Shown: positions 19,172 through 30,282 of the stretch, piece after piece | Layout: each line of letters opens with the position of its first letter | Position numbering within the stretch: the first letter of the stretch is position 1 | Virus record (IMG/VR): IMGVR_UViG_3300029288_000091 | Length of the DNA stretch: 59,248 nt | Direction: 5' to 3' (one strand) | Origin: an uncultured virus (IMG/VR IMGVR_UViG_3300029288_000091) | Lineage: Duplodnaviria; Heunggongvirae; Uroviricota; Caudoviricetes | Translations under genes and position numbers: made by a program | Notes under the pieces: generated by a model | What the model saw: the letters and a program-made list of their open reading frames with translations, nothing else | Databases searched by the model: none | What the model was told of the DNA's origin: nothing

Positions 19172-19510
19172 TTATTTACCACCACGATTTCTACCAGGAG
19201 ACTTCGATGTCCCCTCACGTCTACATACTGTTTCCCAATCTAACCACTGACTAGTAGTCTCATCAATAATTAATTTGGCCTGGTCTTTATTTATTCTTCT
19301 TACAGGAATTCCTATATATTTGCCAGTCTGGGCAATATTTGCCCCGGTATACTTTTTATTATATCTTTTAAGACTCTCTACTAAAAAATAAGTCTTATGA
19401 GCTTCTAGAATCTTACATCTCATGATCTGTTTTGTTTGGTTAAATTGAGAAGTTTTGCGGGTTACATAAATTGTATAAATATGTCTTCTAGTCTCAATCT
19501 TTTTTTCCAT
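19172..19510 (-). CDS. hypothetical basic protein
   Basis: 112 aa ORF with RBS. Confidence 0.6.
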   Translation of the reverse strand: MEKKIETRRHIYTIYVTRKTSQFNQTKQIMRCKILEAHKTYFLVESLKRYNKKYTGANIAQTGKYIGIPVRRINKDQAKLIIDETTSQWLDWETVCRREGTSKSPGRNRGGK

Positions 19511-19811
19511 CTCTTTCCTCCTCTTTTGGTTGGTTTTTAATCTGTTCTAATAGCTTATATAGTTCTGATTCACATTCTAATTTAATATTTTCTTCAACAG
19601 ATTTATTAAGTATTTCACCTATTTGTATTAATTTTTCTGGGGTTATTACATTTATTAATTCTATGGATTTTAAAACTTTTCTGTATGAATACATAAAACC
19701 TAAAAGAATCTCTAAAAATGTTACTTTTTCAAGTTTTTCATTAAAATTTAAATCGACAAAGAAACTGATAAATATTTCTGCCAATTTTTCTACATTTATA
19801 TGATTAATCAT
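19494..19811 (-). CDS. hypothetical protein
   Basis: 105 aa ORF with GGAGG RBS. Confidence 0.55.
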   Translation of the reverse strand: MINHINVEKLAEIFISFFVDLNFNEKLEKVTFLEILLGFMYSYRKVLKSIELINVITPEKLIQIGEILNKSVEENIKLECESELYKLLEQIKNQPKEEERDGKKD

Positions 19812-20501
19812 TTTCCTCCACTATTTTTGAAACTTTCCCAGATGCAAATCCATGAGCCGGGAAACCAATAATATAATTCCTATCTGCTCTATAACAAAGT
19901 GCCCCTTTTAGTCCCCCACAAGTCTTACATGTTGTATTACTATTTATTGCTGGACAAATCATTACCTTGCGTCCAGCTGGAGTTACTACTCTTTTGCCAC
20001 AATCTTTTGGTAACGTCACAACGACAGGGCCTATTTTTAAATTATATAGTTTATCTGCGTGTGTTAAATTATTTGCACTCAGATTTATTGTAAGCCCGTT
20101 TTTGTTACAATACTTAATTATTTTTTTATTATTTCCTATATGTGGCGGCTTATGAGTATAACCCCAAGCCATGAGACCTTCGCACGCCTTGATTAATCTT
20201 CTTACTTTTTTAATATTAATTCTCTCGTTGTATCCAGGCAAATCGCCAGCTTGGAATAATCTTACTCTGGTTTTCATCTCGGCAGTTTCCTTAATGCTGA
20301 TATTAATTCCGAAAAATCAATGCCGTGTTTACCCGAATCAACTTTCATCCAATGTATTCTTAAAGGACCACCCTTAGCATAACACCCATTGTTTTTAAAC
20401 GGACAAGAATTAGGACAAGTGGAAGAAGAAGAGGTAACTACTGGAATCTCTCCTGTCTTTTTATTTTTGGATTTCAAAGTTATATGGTAATATTCACCCA
20501 T
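19804..20501 (-). pseudogene. Cys-rich radical-SAM-like phage protein split into two ORFs
   Basis: SKNKKTG...TCPNSCP...GCYA in 20274-20501 continues as RLFQAGD, WGYTH, INLS, CPA, TCKTC, IIGFPAHG in 19804-20277. Confidence 0.6.
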
Positions 20502-20519
20502 TTTCCCTCTATGTTATTG

Positions 20520-20705
20520 TTAGTGGACGCTATTTATAAAAGCTCCAAACACCGTCCAGAATAATGCTAGACCACAAATCTGTGCGATTTCTATAGGTCC
20601 CATTATCCAAAAATAAACAATACCGACTATAAAAATAATAGAAAAAATACAATACATTTTGAAAAGATTTTTACTCCAAAGCCTTGGCCACTCAACCATT
20701 TTCAA
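20520..20705 (-). CDS. small membrane protein
   Basis: Two hydrophobic segments. Confidence 0.45.
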   Translation of the reverse strand: MKMVEWPRLWSKNLFKMYCIFSIIFIVGIVYFWIMGPIEIAQICGLALFWTVFGAFINSVH

Positions 20706-20993
20706 ACATCTCTTACCGGCAACTCTAAATCGTCATCTAATTGTATTTCTTGACGGTTGTTATACTACCTTTTAATTCATCTACTTTTTCAAGAACCTTT
20801 TGTATTTCATCAAATAGGTCGATCACTATTGATAATTTATCAGCCCAATTATTATAAATGGAACTATTTTTTAAGTTTCTTAATCCTACGATTAATATAT
20901 TTTTCAATATATTTTAAATTAATGTGTAATTTCTGAAACATTTATTTCTATCAATTTAAGTTGCCAGCCAATTTTTCTGAAATACAATTAATA

Positions 20994-21257
20994 TCAACCA
21001 TTGAAACTTCTAATTTTATTGATATATACCAACGGAATAACTTCTTTTGGTGGATCCTTTTTTAAATTAACAGTTCTTCCACATTTTTTATTTCTACATT
21101 TCCAATAAACTGTTCCTGCTCCATCTTTAGGCCCGCGATGTCGCAAAATACCACCACAATATGGACATTTCTTTTCTTGTATTTTGATATCACCTTCTTT
21201 CTTTTCTTTTCTTGTTTCTTGTTCTCTCCTACTAAATCTATTATATTTTTTATCCAT
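20994..21257 (-). CDS. zinc-ribbon protein
   Basis: CPYCGG...YWKCRNKKCG. Confidence 0.65.
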   Translation of the reverse strand: MDKKYNRFSRREQETRKEKKEGDIKIQEKKCPYCGGILRHRGPKDGAGTVYWKCRNKKCGRTVNLKKDPPKEVIPLVYINKIRSFNG

Positions 21258-21388
21258 TCAATACTCCATATTAAAATTTTTGAGTTTATACCAACCTGGG
21301 GATTATCCCAGGTGGCAAAAAAACGAACACTAAAATATCCAAACAAATTTTTTACAAATCATAAGCGATTCGAAGGTACTTGTTTTTA

Positions 21389-24300
21389 TTATGTTGCCAT
21401 ATTAATTAATGTATCTCTATTCTTCTTAACACTTATATCATTACTATCTTCTTCAACAACTATATTTAGAAGTAATTTATCAATAGCTTCAATTAAATTA
21501 GATACTGGTGTTAATTTAATTTCATTTCTTACATCTTGTGGAATTTCATCAATATTATGTTGATTTTGCGTAGGATATAAAACCTCTTTGATTCCACCCC
21601 TATGAGCTGCCAAAACCTTTTCTACAAGTCCACCTATCGGAAGAACTCTTCCACGTAGAGTAATTTCACCTGTCATAGCTACATCATTTCTTACAGGCTT
21701 ATTAGTAAATAAAGAAAGCATGGCTGCCGATATAGCTATACCAGCACTTGGGCCATCCTTTGGTGTTGCACCAGCAGGGAAGTGGATATGTACATCCTTT
21801 TGAGAAAAAAGATTTTGATCAATTCCAAACTTGTCGACGTTTGACTTAATCCAAGTAAGCGCTGTAGAAGCAGATTCTTGTAATACTTTCCCTAAATTAC
21901 CAGTAAGTTTTATATCACCCTTACCAGAACACAGTGAGGCTTCTACAAATAGAAGTGAGCCACCATGTTGACTCCATGCAAGACCTGTACTTAATCCAAC
22001 TTCAGGCTTTTCTCCAGCTTTTTCTATAAAAACTTTTGGTGGACCAAGAAATTTTGATATAGAGTCAGCTCTTACAATTGATGGCGCTTCTTTTCCCGCA
22101 GCTACAGTAACTGCAATTTTTCTTAAAATAGCTCCACATTCTCTTTCAAGATTACGTACACCAGCTTCTCCAGTATACTCCTCAATAACTTTTGTAATAG
22201 CTTGCGGTGAAATAGAAATATCATACTCCTTAAGTCCATTAGCTTCTTTTTGTTTAGGTATCAAATAATTTTGTACAATTTTAAGTTTATCATGAGGAGA
22301 ATAGCCCGGTATTTCAATTATTTCCATTCTATCCTGTAATGCTGGTGGAATCGGACCAATATCGTTTGCTGTTGTAATAAAAAATACATTCGATAAATCA
22401 AACGGTACATTTAAATAATTATCAACAAATGCACAGTTTTGTTCTGGATCAAGAACTTCAAGTAATGCTGATCCAGGATCGCCGCGAAAATCTTTACTTA
22501 GTTTGTCAATTTCATCTAACATATATAGCGGATTATTTACTCCTGTTTTTTTAAGATATTGAATAATTTTTCCAGTCATTGCTCCAATATATGTTTTTCT
22601 ATGTCCTCTAATCTCAGCCTCATCATGGACACCACCAAGAGACAATCTGATAAACTCGCGGCCCATTGCTTTAGCTATGCTTTTACCAAGAGATGTATTA
22701 TGAGTAACAATGAAATCATCAGTAATGTATAGATGATCAGGATGATCGATTAATATACACTTAGCTTCTTTCTTGCCAACATATTCGATTTTTTTAATAT
22801 ATCTTGGTAAAAATCTAGCTTTATTTTTTGTTGTGTTGTAAAGATTTATTTTACTTTCCATTTTAAATGGAATAATACCATTTGGTAAAGTAATATTTAA
22901 CCTATGTCTGTCCTTTTCTTGTAGTTTTTCACCCTTATAAGTATAAAATGATTTTCCAGATGAATAATAAGCTTGTCCACCAAGAGATTCAACCAAAAAT
23001 TTTACATCTTTACACAATTGAATAGACGCAGAACTATATTCTATTGAATGCTTTTCATCATTAACGGAGCCATTTGTGTCTAATATTCCCCGCAATAATT
23101 CCAATCTGTTTTTGGAGGAAGTTAATTTATATTGAATTGGAACGAATTTCTTATCAGCTAAACAACCCCTTAGCTCAACCTCATCAATAAAGTTTGCGAC
23201 TGAAGATTTATTATTTTGTTTGTTAATATTGTTTACACATCTATGATTTATTTTAGAGATACCATAATCGATTTCCTTATCGCCCCGAAGAGATAGTTTA
23301 CACCTAACCAAATTTAACTTTTCTTCAATGATATTAATTAGGCCAGCATCACTATTAGTAAAAGATGTTTTATTTTCGCCCAAAGTTTTATCACCCAATA
23401 AAGCTCCAACTAAATAAGGATCTAGTCCTAATACTTCTGGCTCAATAAAATTTATATTTGGCCCAACCATTGGTATACTATAATTTTTTCTTAGACCCCT
23501 TTCGACATACAAGTTTTTATTAATTTGTTCCAATGACTTAACACAACCATCTTTATCTTCTTTTCTATCATCTCTGTTTTTAACTTTCCATAAGTGTTCT
23601 TTGCAACACTCAGTTTTACTTCCATCACTAAAGACAACTGAATATATTTCTTTTTCTCCTTGCGGATATATACAAATTACATTAGCATTTTTGCCATCTG
23701 GTGTAGAAACTATATCTCCAACATTAATGTCACCCATAGTTTTCCAACCACCAGGTGTTAATACCTTTGCATCAAGAGGTTGAGCTTTGCCCACTCCAGG
23801 AGGACCAACAAAACATAAAATAGCTCCCTTACGATTTGGTACCAATTTGCGTACAGCAAGATATTCCAAAATTCTTTCTTTTGGCTTTTCTAATCCATAA
23901 TGGTCATTATCAAGAGATTTTCTAGCTTTATCAATATCCAGTTTGTCTTCTGACTTTTTGTCCCATGGTAGAATGGAAAGCGCTTCAATATAATTTGTGG
24001 TTATCGCATATTCAGACATTGCGGAATTCATATTTTTAAGCCTACGAAGCTCTTGATTAGCGATTTTTAATACATCTTCTGGCATCTTAGAATTATTAAC
24101 CAATTTTCGTAGACGAGAAAATTCGCCTTCTTCGTTTTCTATATTTGATATAATTGGAGGACTTTCTTTAGTGCGTTTTACTAACATACCCAAAACAAAT
24201 ATTAGAATTTCTAAACGCTTTTTAACATCTGGCTCGCCAAGAAAATTTAGTTTAGTTTTACCATCCAATTCTATTTGTCCTATAATATTATCAATTAAAA

Positions 24301-24799
24301 TAGAAAGATCTTTGGAAGTTTTTGGCAACGATTTGTTTTTAACAGTAATATATGGAAAATTTATTTCTATAGTTCTAAAAATTTTCGCAATATTTTCATC
24401 AACAATTTCATTAATTTCTACTGGTATTTCTTTATATGGTAAAATTTCTCCATTAAGATATGACAAATTTCCCTTTGAGACTTTACCAACGGTTTTAAGG
24501 CGCGCTCTATTAACACCAATAACAATAATACGCTTCTTGATCCCTTCGTCATCAAGGGGAATTATACTTTTTATTTCTGCTTCCGTACATATACCATAAA
24601 AATCTGCTGCTGATGGCTCATCTACTCTTTCATCTTTTTGTATAGCAACAACAATGGTAGAGTTAGAAGCTTTGGCCGCACTAATAGCATCGATAGAAAT
24701 GGGTCGTCCAACATCAATAATACAAGGAAAACCTGGAAATGCGACTAATCGTTGATCTTTAAGTGGAAGTATTGGAAGTTTGCGACCTTTTTCTGCCAT
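21389..24799 (-). CDS. lon: ATP-dependent Lon protease containing an intein
   Basis: LON N domain, DHYGLEKPKERILEYLAV, Walker A GPPGVGK|T, MLDEIDK, PKDGPSAG (Ser) and IGGLVEK (Lys) dyad. Confidence 0.97.
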   Translation of the reverse strand: MAEKGRKLPILPLKDQRLVAFPGFPCIIDVGRPISIDAISAAKASNSTIVVAIQKDERVDEPSAADFYGICTEAEIKSIIPLDDEGIKKRIIVIGVNRARLKTVGKVSKGNLSYLNGEILPYKEIPVEINEIVDENIAKIFRTIEINFPYITVKNKSLPKTSKDLSILIDNIIGQIELDGKTKLNFLGEPDVKKRLEILIFVLGMLVKRTKESPPIISNIENEEGEFSRLRKLVNNSKMPEDVLKIANQELRRLKNMNSAMSEYAITTNYIEALSILPWDKKSEDKLDIDKARKSLDNDHYGLEKPKERILEYLAVRKLVPNRKGAILCFVGPPGVGKAQPLDAKVLTPGGWKTMGDINVGDIVSTPDGKNANVICIYPQGEKEIYSVVFSDGSKTECCKEHLWKVKNRDDRKEDKDGCVKSLEQINKNLYVERGLRKNYSIPMVGPNINFIEPEVLGLDPYLVGALLGDKTLGENKTSFTNSDAGLINIIEEKLNLVRCKLSLRGDKEIDYGISKINHRCVNNINKQNNKSSVANFIDEVELRGCLADKKFVPIQYKLTSSKNRLELLRGILDTNGSVNDEKHSIEYSSASIQLCKDVKFLVESLGGQAYYSSGKSFYTYKGEKLQEKDRHRLNITLPNGIIPFKMESKINLYNTTKNKARFLPRYIKKIEYVGKKEAKCILIDHPDHLYITDDFIVTHNTSLGKSIAKAMGREFIRLSLGGVHDEAEIRGHRKTYIGAMTGKIIQYLKKTGVNNPLYMLDEIDKLSKDFRGDPGSALLEVLDPEQNCAFVDNYLNVPFDLSNVFFITTANDIGPIPPALQDRMEIIEIPGYSPHDKLKIVQNYLIPKQKEANGLKEYDISISPQAITKVIEEYTGEAGVRNLERECGAILRKIAVTVAAGKEAPSIVRADSISKFLGPPKVFIEKAGEKPEVGLSTGLAWSQHGGSLLFVEASLCSGKGDIKLTGNLGKVLQESASTALTWIKSNVDKFGIDQNLFSQKDVHIHFPAGATPKDGPSAGIAISAAMLSLFTNKPVRNDVAMTGEITLRGRVLPIGGLVEKVLAAHRGGIKEVLYPTQNQHNIDEIPQDVRNEIKLTPVSNLIEAIDKLLLNIVVEEDSNDISVKKNRDTLINMAT
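22697..23785 (-). mobile_element. 363 aa intein with LAGLIDADG domain in Lon Walker A
   Basis: Begins AQPLDAKVLTP, ends FIVTHN followed by Thr; removal restores GPPGVGKTS. Confidence 0.95.
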
Positions 24800-24839
24800 G
24801 ACTGAACTCCTTTCTATTGGATATTGTCATCAATATAAT

Positions 24840-26039
24840 TTATTTCTTACCTTCAGTTAAAATTATTTTTCTACAAAAGTTATGTATTTGTTCTTGTCTA
24901 TCATCATACAAAGCAAAAGCTATAGTACGAACAAAAAAAACTGGCAATTCATCAAAGTCTGTTTTATTAAGTAGCAATGCAAACTCTTTCTTTCTAACTC
25001 GCTGAGTATCCATTTCCCACTGCCAATTTCTTTTCTTTGGTTCTACTGTTTCTACATTCCATTTTTCCTCAAATACTACAAAGAAGTTTTTAGCAGCTGT
25101 CAAAATAGCTTCTTTTAATTGATATGCTTTAGTATATCTACTATAAAATTCTTTTGCTGACTCAATTATTTCCCAGTCAAAATCACAAGATCGCAAGTTA
25201 TCTATTAACTGAGATTCAGACTGTATTTCACCTCCCTCGATAAATTCAACCATAGTTAAATAGTTCATAGAAAATTTCATACGATGACTTGCCAGATAAT
25301 ATGCGCTCTTTACCTTCACAAAAACTTGATCGTCATCACAACGCGCAACTATACCCTCGTCTTTCCAAATTTTTATTTCCTCTAGCAACTTGTGTGGGTC
25401 TCTTGGTAGATCATGTAGCTCAACCAAATTAAACTTAAAATCTTTAGCTATTTTTTCTACTTCATGCCATTGCCCAACCCGAAGATCGTCGTGTTTAATA
25501 TAACCAAGAAAAATTAAATCTTCTTCTTTATATCGTATAACGACCAAGTTTGATGGAGCGACATATTCAAATAGCAAAGATCTGTCAGTCATAAACTTTG
25601 GATCCAATAATATTGGATATTTTATCTGTGCTACTTTCCTAAATCTTTCTCCATAAGTAATTTGTTCATCATTATCTTCGCCACCAAATAGGGTGCCCCT
25701 AGTTCTCATTATAACATTTTTATTGTATACGGAACGAATACACAAACTTCCATCATGTTTGTGGCTAAAATGAACTGTTCCACCATTTCTCAGTGCCTGT
25801 ACTAATGCAGTAGTTTCATCTCTAAATTCGCCATAATTGCCAAACTTTTTCCAGGAACAAGAAACTACAAATCCGTCATCATCTACTACAACAGAACGCA
25901 AATACTTTTCATCACCCTCCCATTCCCAGAGATTTTTTCTTGGATGTACAAGGTGTAATCCATTTGCGCTTACTATTTTAAAATCGGATCTTACTTTGGA
26001 TATATCCAACTTCATCTTTCCGTTTTCTATTGACCACAT
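24840..26039 (-). CDS. T4 Rnl1-like RNA ligase
   Basis: WKKFGN, HKHDGSL, LFEYVAP, DEGIVA, VKVKSAYY. Confidence 0.85.
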   Translation of the reverse strand: MWSIENGKMKLDISKVRSDFKIVSANGLHLVHPRKNLWEWEGDEKYLRSVVVDDDGFVVSCSWKKFGNYGEFRDETTALVQALRNGGTVHFSHKHDGSLCIRSVYNKNVIMRTRGTLFGGEDNDEQITYGERFRKVAQIKYPILLDPKFMTDRSLLFEYVAPSNLVVIRYKEEDLIFLGYIKHDDLRVGQWHEVEKIAKDFKFNLVELHDLPRDPHKLLEEIKIWKDEGIVARCDDDQVFVKVKSAYYLASHRMKFSMNYLTMVEFIEGGEIQSESQLIDNLRSCDFDWEIIESAKEFYSRYTKAYQLKEAILTAAKNFFVVFEEKWNVETVEPKKRNWQWEMDTQRVRKKEFALLLNKTDFDELPVFFVRTIAFALYDDRQEQIHNFCRKIILTEGKK

Positions 26040-26250
26040 TTGTTTTCCCTTTATATTTACAGTTGTTTTCCCAAGTCAGTAATTTGTTATTTTTAATAAC
26101 ACAATCTAAAACTTTAACATCTCTTTTAGATATTTTGGAAGTCGGTCTAATATATCCATACATAATATCGTTTCTGTTGTATGAGTGTGGTAATCCTAAT
26201 AGATGACCAATTTCATGTATTAATAATTGTAATAAGTTTTGTTTTGTTTA
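25978..26250 (-). pseudogene. matrixin-type zinc metalloprotease remnant
   Basis: IHEIGHLLGLPHSYNRNDIMY read in frame just upstream of the 25978-26163 ORF; 5' part disrupted. Confidence 0.7.
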
Positions 26251-26602
26251 AATACAACAAAAATATCTGGTGACTTTACATTAGTTTGCCTTTAGTAGTT
26301 ATAGTAATACACGACAAAATACAACTATATTTTCTTATATATATTAAGCTGTCAAACATTATTATAAATTGTAGAAAAACATATATTAACATTTTTTCTT
26401 GATGAATCTTAAAAATATCGAAACAAATTTTTTCGTTAGGAATCTTTGCGCAAAGATTCTATTACTGATTTTATTGTATTAATTTCATTTTCAGAATATA
26501 AACCATCTACTCTTATTTGTATTGTTTTCATACATTCTGCTTATGATATTCTATAAAAATTCATAATAAAAATCATTATGATAAATGGCGCATATAAATC
26601 TC

Positions 26603-27295
26603 CTAGCTTTTACTAGTAGCTTTCATTGTTTTAAGCTTTTTAGCTGTTATATTTTTGAATACTTTTGCAATATCTTGTGTAAATTCTGAAGACGGAGTGA
26701 ATCCTTTTGCGCCGTAGCGCGCTATTCTTTTAATACATGTCGGAAGATTTTCTGTATATATAAAATTGAACTCTTTTTTTTCAAAATCATCTATGGCAGT
26801 TTTTGTATAGTAAATATCTTTTCCTTGTATAGCAAAACAACATATGGTGAAATCAAATTTGCCAAATATTTCTTCTATTTTGTTATAGAAATGTCTAGTT
26901 ACTAACTGAACAATTACTCCGGATTTTTCTAAACTTATACTCCAATCACTAGTTGTAGTTTCAACAAATCCTTGGTTTTCAAATTCGGCTTTAGCATAAT
27001 AAAGAAAATCCCATGATTTAAAAAATAAATCCCAATCTTTAATTTTTTCAACGTCGCCGGTATATAAAGCAAGCGCCGCGCCACCAGCAATCCAACAGTC
27101 AAGTTTTTGAACTGTCATAAGAACTTGGCGACTAATTGCTGGAAGAATATAAAGTGTAGATCTACGATTACGATAAAGATCGTCAAGATTTTCTTTAATT
27201 AATGTACCTATCTTATCTCCAAATTTTGCTTCGTCATCGTCAAATTTAAATGCTTGTCCAATAGGTAGTAAATTAAAATTTATTATGGGAGGCAT
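26603..27295 (-). CDS. pol-beta superfamily nucleotidyltransferase-like protein
   Basis: WIAGGA...KDWDLFF, VQLV, FDFTIC, KRIARYGAKGF. Confidence 0.8.
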   Translation of the reverse strand: MPPIINFNLLPIGQAFKFDDDEAKFGDKIGTLIKENLDDLYRNRRSTLYILPAISRQVLMTVQKLDCWIAGGAALALYTGDVEKIKDWDLFFKSWDFLYYAKAEFENQGFVETTTSDWSISLEKSGVIVQLVTRHFYNKIEEIFGKFDFTICCFAIQGKDIYYTKTAIDDFEKKEFNFIYTENLPTCIKRIARYGAKGFTPSSEFTQDIAKVFKNITAKKLKTMKATSKS

Positions 27296-27308
27296 TTGAT
27301 AAGTCCTT

Positions 27309-27629
27309 TCAACAATATAACAAGTTTACCGTATGATAGATAGTTAATACTCCGTATATAAAGAGTACAAAATATCCGCCGACTCGAGCCAATTTAAATT
27401 TGGTCCAATACTTTGCAAACATATATGTTATGGCTAGACCTAGCATAATTTTGATTATCAACAGTGATAAGAATCCACCAGTAGCAATTATATAAGAAAC
27501 AATAGGAGAACATTCTTCACCACCACAATTTTTAATTAATGTGTATGTAGAAATAACATCATAAATATTAAGAGCAAAGGTTATTAAGCCAACTATTATT
27601 CCTCTAATTGAATACTTTTCCATCTTCAT
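27309..27629 (-). CDS. hypothetical membrane protein
   Basis: Three TM segments, DVIST and EECSP motifs. Confidence 0.6.
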   Translation of the reverse strand: MKMEKYSIRGIIVGLITFALNIYDVISTYTLIKNCGGEECSPIVSYIIATGGFLSLLIIKIMLGLAITYMFAKYWTKFKLARVGGYFVLFIYGVLTIYHTVNLLYC

Positions 27630-27834
27630 CTAGCTCCTCTAAAGTATTTAATTCTTTACAAGCATCTTGATAGCCCATATTATATACTTCTTTAACAAGA
27701 TGTGCTACCGCCATTTGGAACTTTTCACAGTTAGGAGCACCAAGAGAATCATGAACAAAATCAGACCATGATTCAATTAAATCTTGATATCTCCAATATG
27801 TTTCATCTTCAAGAATTGGGTTATATTTACTCAT
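27604..27834 (-). CDS. hypothetical protein
   Basis: 76 aa ORF with GAGGAG RBS. Confidence 0.6.
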   Translation of the reverse strand: MSKYNPILEDETYWRYQDLIESWSDFVHDSLGAPNCEKFQMAVAHLVKEVYNMGYQDACKELNTLEELDEDGKVFN

Positions 27835-28120
27835 AATTAAGCTCCTCTAGCATTGCGGCATATTCTAACATAGCTAAACCTTGCTTCTCTGTAAAACCGG
27901 ATTCTATAGCAATTTGTTTATATCTTTCTCTTAATATTTCTATTACCGCATCTTCCATAACCCAACCATCTTCAACATAGGTGTTAAGTTCTTGAATCGT
28001 TGGAGGCTTAACTTTAGAAGTAGCAGATAAAAGCTCGCTATACCTTTTAGGCCCCATAAAGAAAAGGGCTCTTCCAATTTCAAATGCTTTTTTGATTGCT
28101 GATTTTGTTTCTTCGTACAT
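27827..28120 (-). CDS. hypothetical protein
   Basis: 97 aa ORF with GGAGGT RBS. Confidence 0.6.
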   Translation of the reverse strand: MYEETKSAIKKAFEIGRALFFMGPKRYSELLSATSKVKPPTIQELNTYVEDGWVMEDAVIEILRERYKQIAIESGFTEKQGLAMLEYAAMLEELNYE

Positions 28121-28121
28121 C

Positions 28122-29390
28122 TTACCTCCAATGTTTATCTTTGGCTGTTACTCCGTTAGATATAATACTAATTGGAACGCCGAATACCTCTTCGAAATAT
28201 TCTGGAAAGTTTTCTTTTTCGATTTCTTTATATTTCTTAATTGGTGATACAATCTTAAGTCTATCGTGAATATCATTACTAGAAACAAAACAAGTAAGAT
28301 CTTTTAGTTGGTTACCACCAACATAATAGTTTTCACAAACTTTAAATCTGCTATCCATCCTATCAAAATTTGTTAAGGCCACAGACTGAACAGCTGATTT
28401 TTCAACAGCATATTTTGTAAGTTGACAATCAAACCAACCATATCTAAACTCTTTTTGCCATTGATTATCAATATTGTGTTCATCTTTTGTCCAAGGAACG
28501 TCTTTAATTTCTGTTAGTAATGGCCCATATCCATGTCTATGAGAATATGGCCGCAATATACCAACAACCGCTTTCTCTTCAACATATTGTGAAGTAATAT
28601 TGCACAACATAGAAAGCGCATATTGTGTATTTACTTTACAATTAGTGATATATGGTCTAAAACCTATATCTTTATCTAGCAATATTCCCTAAGACCCCTC
28701 AAAGATTAAATTATTATTTTTAACATCTTTGCTTATAAAATCTATTGTATCTACAACATTATATCTATTATAAAACGATTTATATATAGACATAACTTTT
28801 TCAATATTAAGATTAAGCATTTCTTGAAATAGCTTAGCAAGTATGGCATCATTACCGATAAGATTTGCTACCTTATCTAATTTGCTAAACCTAATGCTTT
28901 TAAGTTTCTGTTCTAAAAGTTTTGTGTTTGGAATGTCTTTAACTTGGACCGATGTTCCATAATCCCTACTAATTGCCGCAGCGCCAACACCCATTCCACA
29001 AGTACTTTTGCCAAATACTAGCGAGGTTATTCTTCCCATTCCTTTATCATATGGACTAATTATATGACAGTTCTCATCGATATAAATCATATCGTTTATT
29101 TCTCTATTAACTTTGGAACGAAAAATATCTTCTTCATACATTAAGGCTGATGGCTCTATTAACATATGTTCGCCAAGTACGGTTTTTGTACCATTTACAA
29201 ACATACCTGAGCCAAGTTGTGCAAAAGTATGATGAAGACCTTCATTAGTAATAACATTATGAGCTGCTTGTGGCCCACCACTATATCTTACTATAGTGGC
29301 AGGTGCTAATTCTCTTGTTAAAAAATCTACTATTGTTCCCTTACCCTCATCACCAAAATGCAAACCAACTGTTACATAGATTTTGCCCAT
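28122..29390 (-). pseudogene. adenylosuccinate synthetase-like gene with one in-frame TAG
   Basis: GLHFGDEGKG, RYSGGPQAAHNV, TCGMGVG, FEGS*GILLD (TAG 28689-28691), RHGYGP, FRYGWFD. Confidence 0.88.
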
Positions 29391-30232
29391 TTAAAATAGC
29401 TCCTAGATAGTATATTACAAGCTCGATCAAATGACTTACTTAAACATAGACCATCGCCAAACATGAATGTTTTATAACCCATCATTACCATTAAACCTAT
29501 GTCTGTTAAATCTGATAAAGATGGGTGTTCATTATCGATTAAAGATTCTAGAATTCTAGATGCCAATATTGCATCTCTGTCTTTATCTATAATGGTTTTT
29601 AGATGATCAAAAATAGTCAGCTTTGATTCTGTGTTAATATACAAATCATCTCTGGCAGCCATCAATGTAACAGCTGCATTATTAAAACTATCAATCCAAG
29701 CCACTCCTTTTGGAGATTCTATCTTATCAATGATATCGTTAACAGGGTAATTATCTGACACCAATTTGATATCATCCCAGCATTCAACAAACGATAACAT
29801 AAAATTTTTAATACCAATTTTTGCTGCCGCATCCAAATACCTCTTATCTTCGTCTGTTAAATAACCAATAATTTTCAAATTGGAGCCGTGAATATTAATG
29901 GCTTGCCCCGCTCCAACTGCACGCGGCGGCTGAGGCTCAACATATATTTTATTTTCACTTATAGCAATTATGGTAGATTTCTCATTGCCACGAAACCAAA
30001 CAGTAGCAGGAAGATCAACTTCAACTTTATGATTTAGAACTATATCTCCATATGTTGGTACAGACCATTGTTCAATACGAAGTTGTCTTCCCTTTATGTC
30101 AAGCCAAAACTTCTTATCTTTTGTTACGTCAAGTATTCTTTTAAGGGTTTCTTCCTCGCCATATGGAGTTCTCATTCCAACATTAAATCTAACTTCGTTA
30201 ATTAATGGATGAGTTGCAACCGTCCTAATCAA
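29372..30232 (-). CDS. pyruvate kinase-like barrel protein
   Basis: Upstream in-frame LIATLPP, VRFN, LDIKGRQLR, LSFVE, KIESPKG, AARDDL. Confidence 0.78.
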   Translation of the reverse strand: MIRTVATHPLINEVRFNVGMRTPYGEEETLKRILDVTKDKKFWLDIKGRQLRIEQWSVPTYGDIVLNHKVEVDLPATVWFRGNEKSTIIAISENKIYVEPQPPRAVGAGQAINIHGSNLKIIGYLTDEDKRYLDAAAKIGIKNFMLSFVECWDDIKLVSDNYPVNDIIDKIESPKGVAWIDSFNNAAVTLMAARDDLYINTESKLTIFDHLKTIIDKDRDAILASRILESLIDNEHPSLSDLTDIGLMVMMGYKTFMFGDGLCLSKSFDRACNILSRSYFKWAKSM

Positions 30233-30282
30233 TGGGTTTTGTGGCGGTGGTAACGTAGCAATGAGCTTTATAATTTTCTCCG

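Noticed and set aside
28122..29390. PurZ (2-aminoadenine DNA pathway)
   Set aside because: The motif is GDEGKG with the PurA catalytic Asp, not the Ser-type PurZ motif, and no dATPase/MazZ partners are visible.
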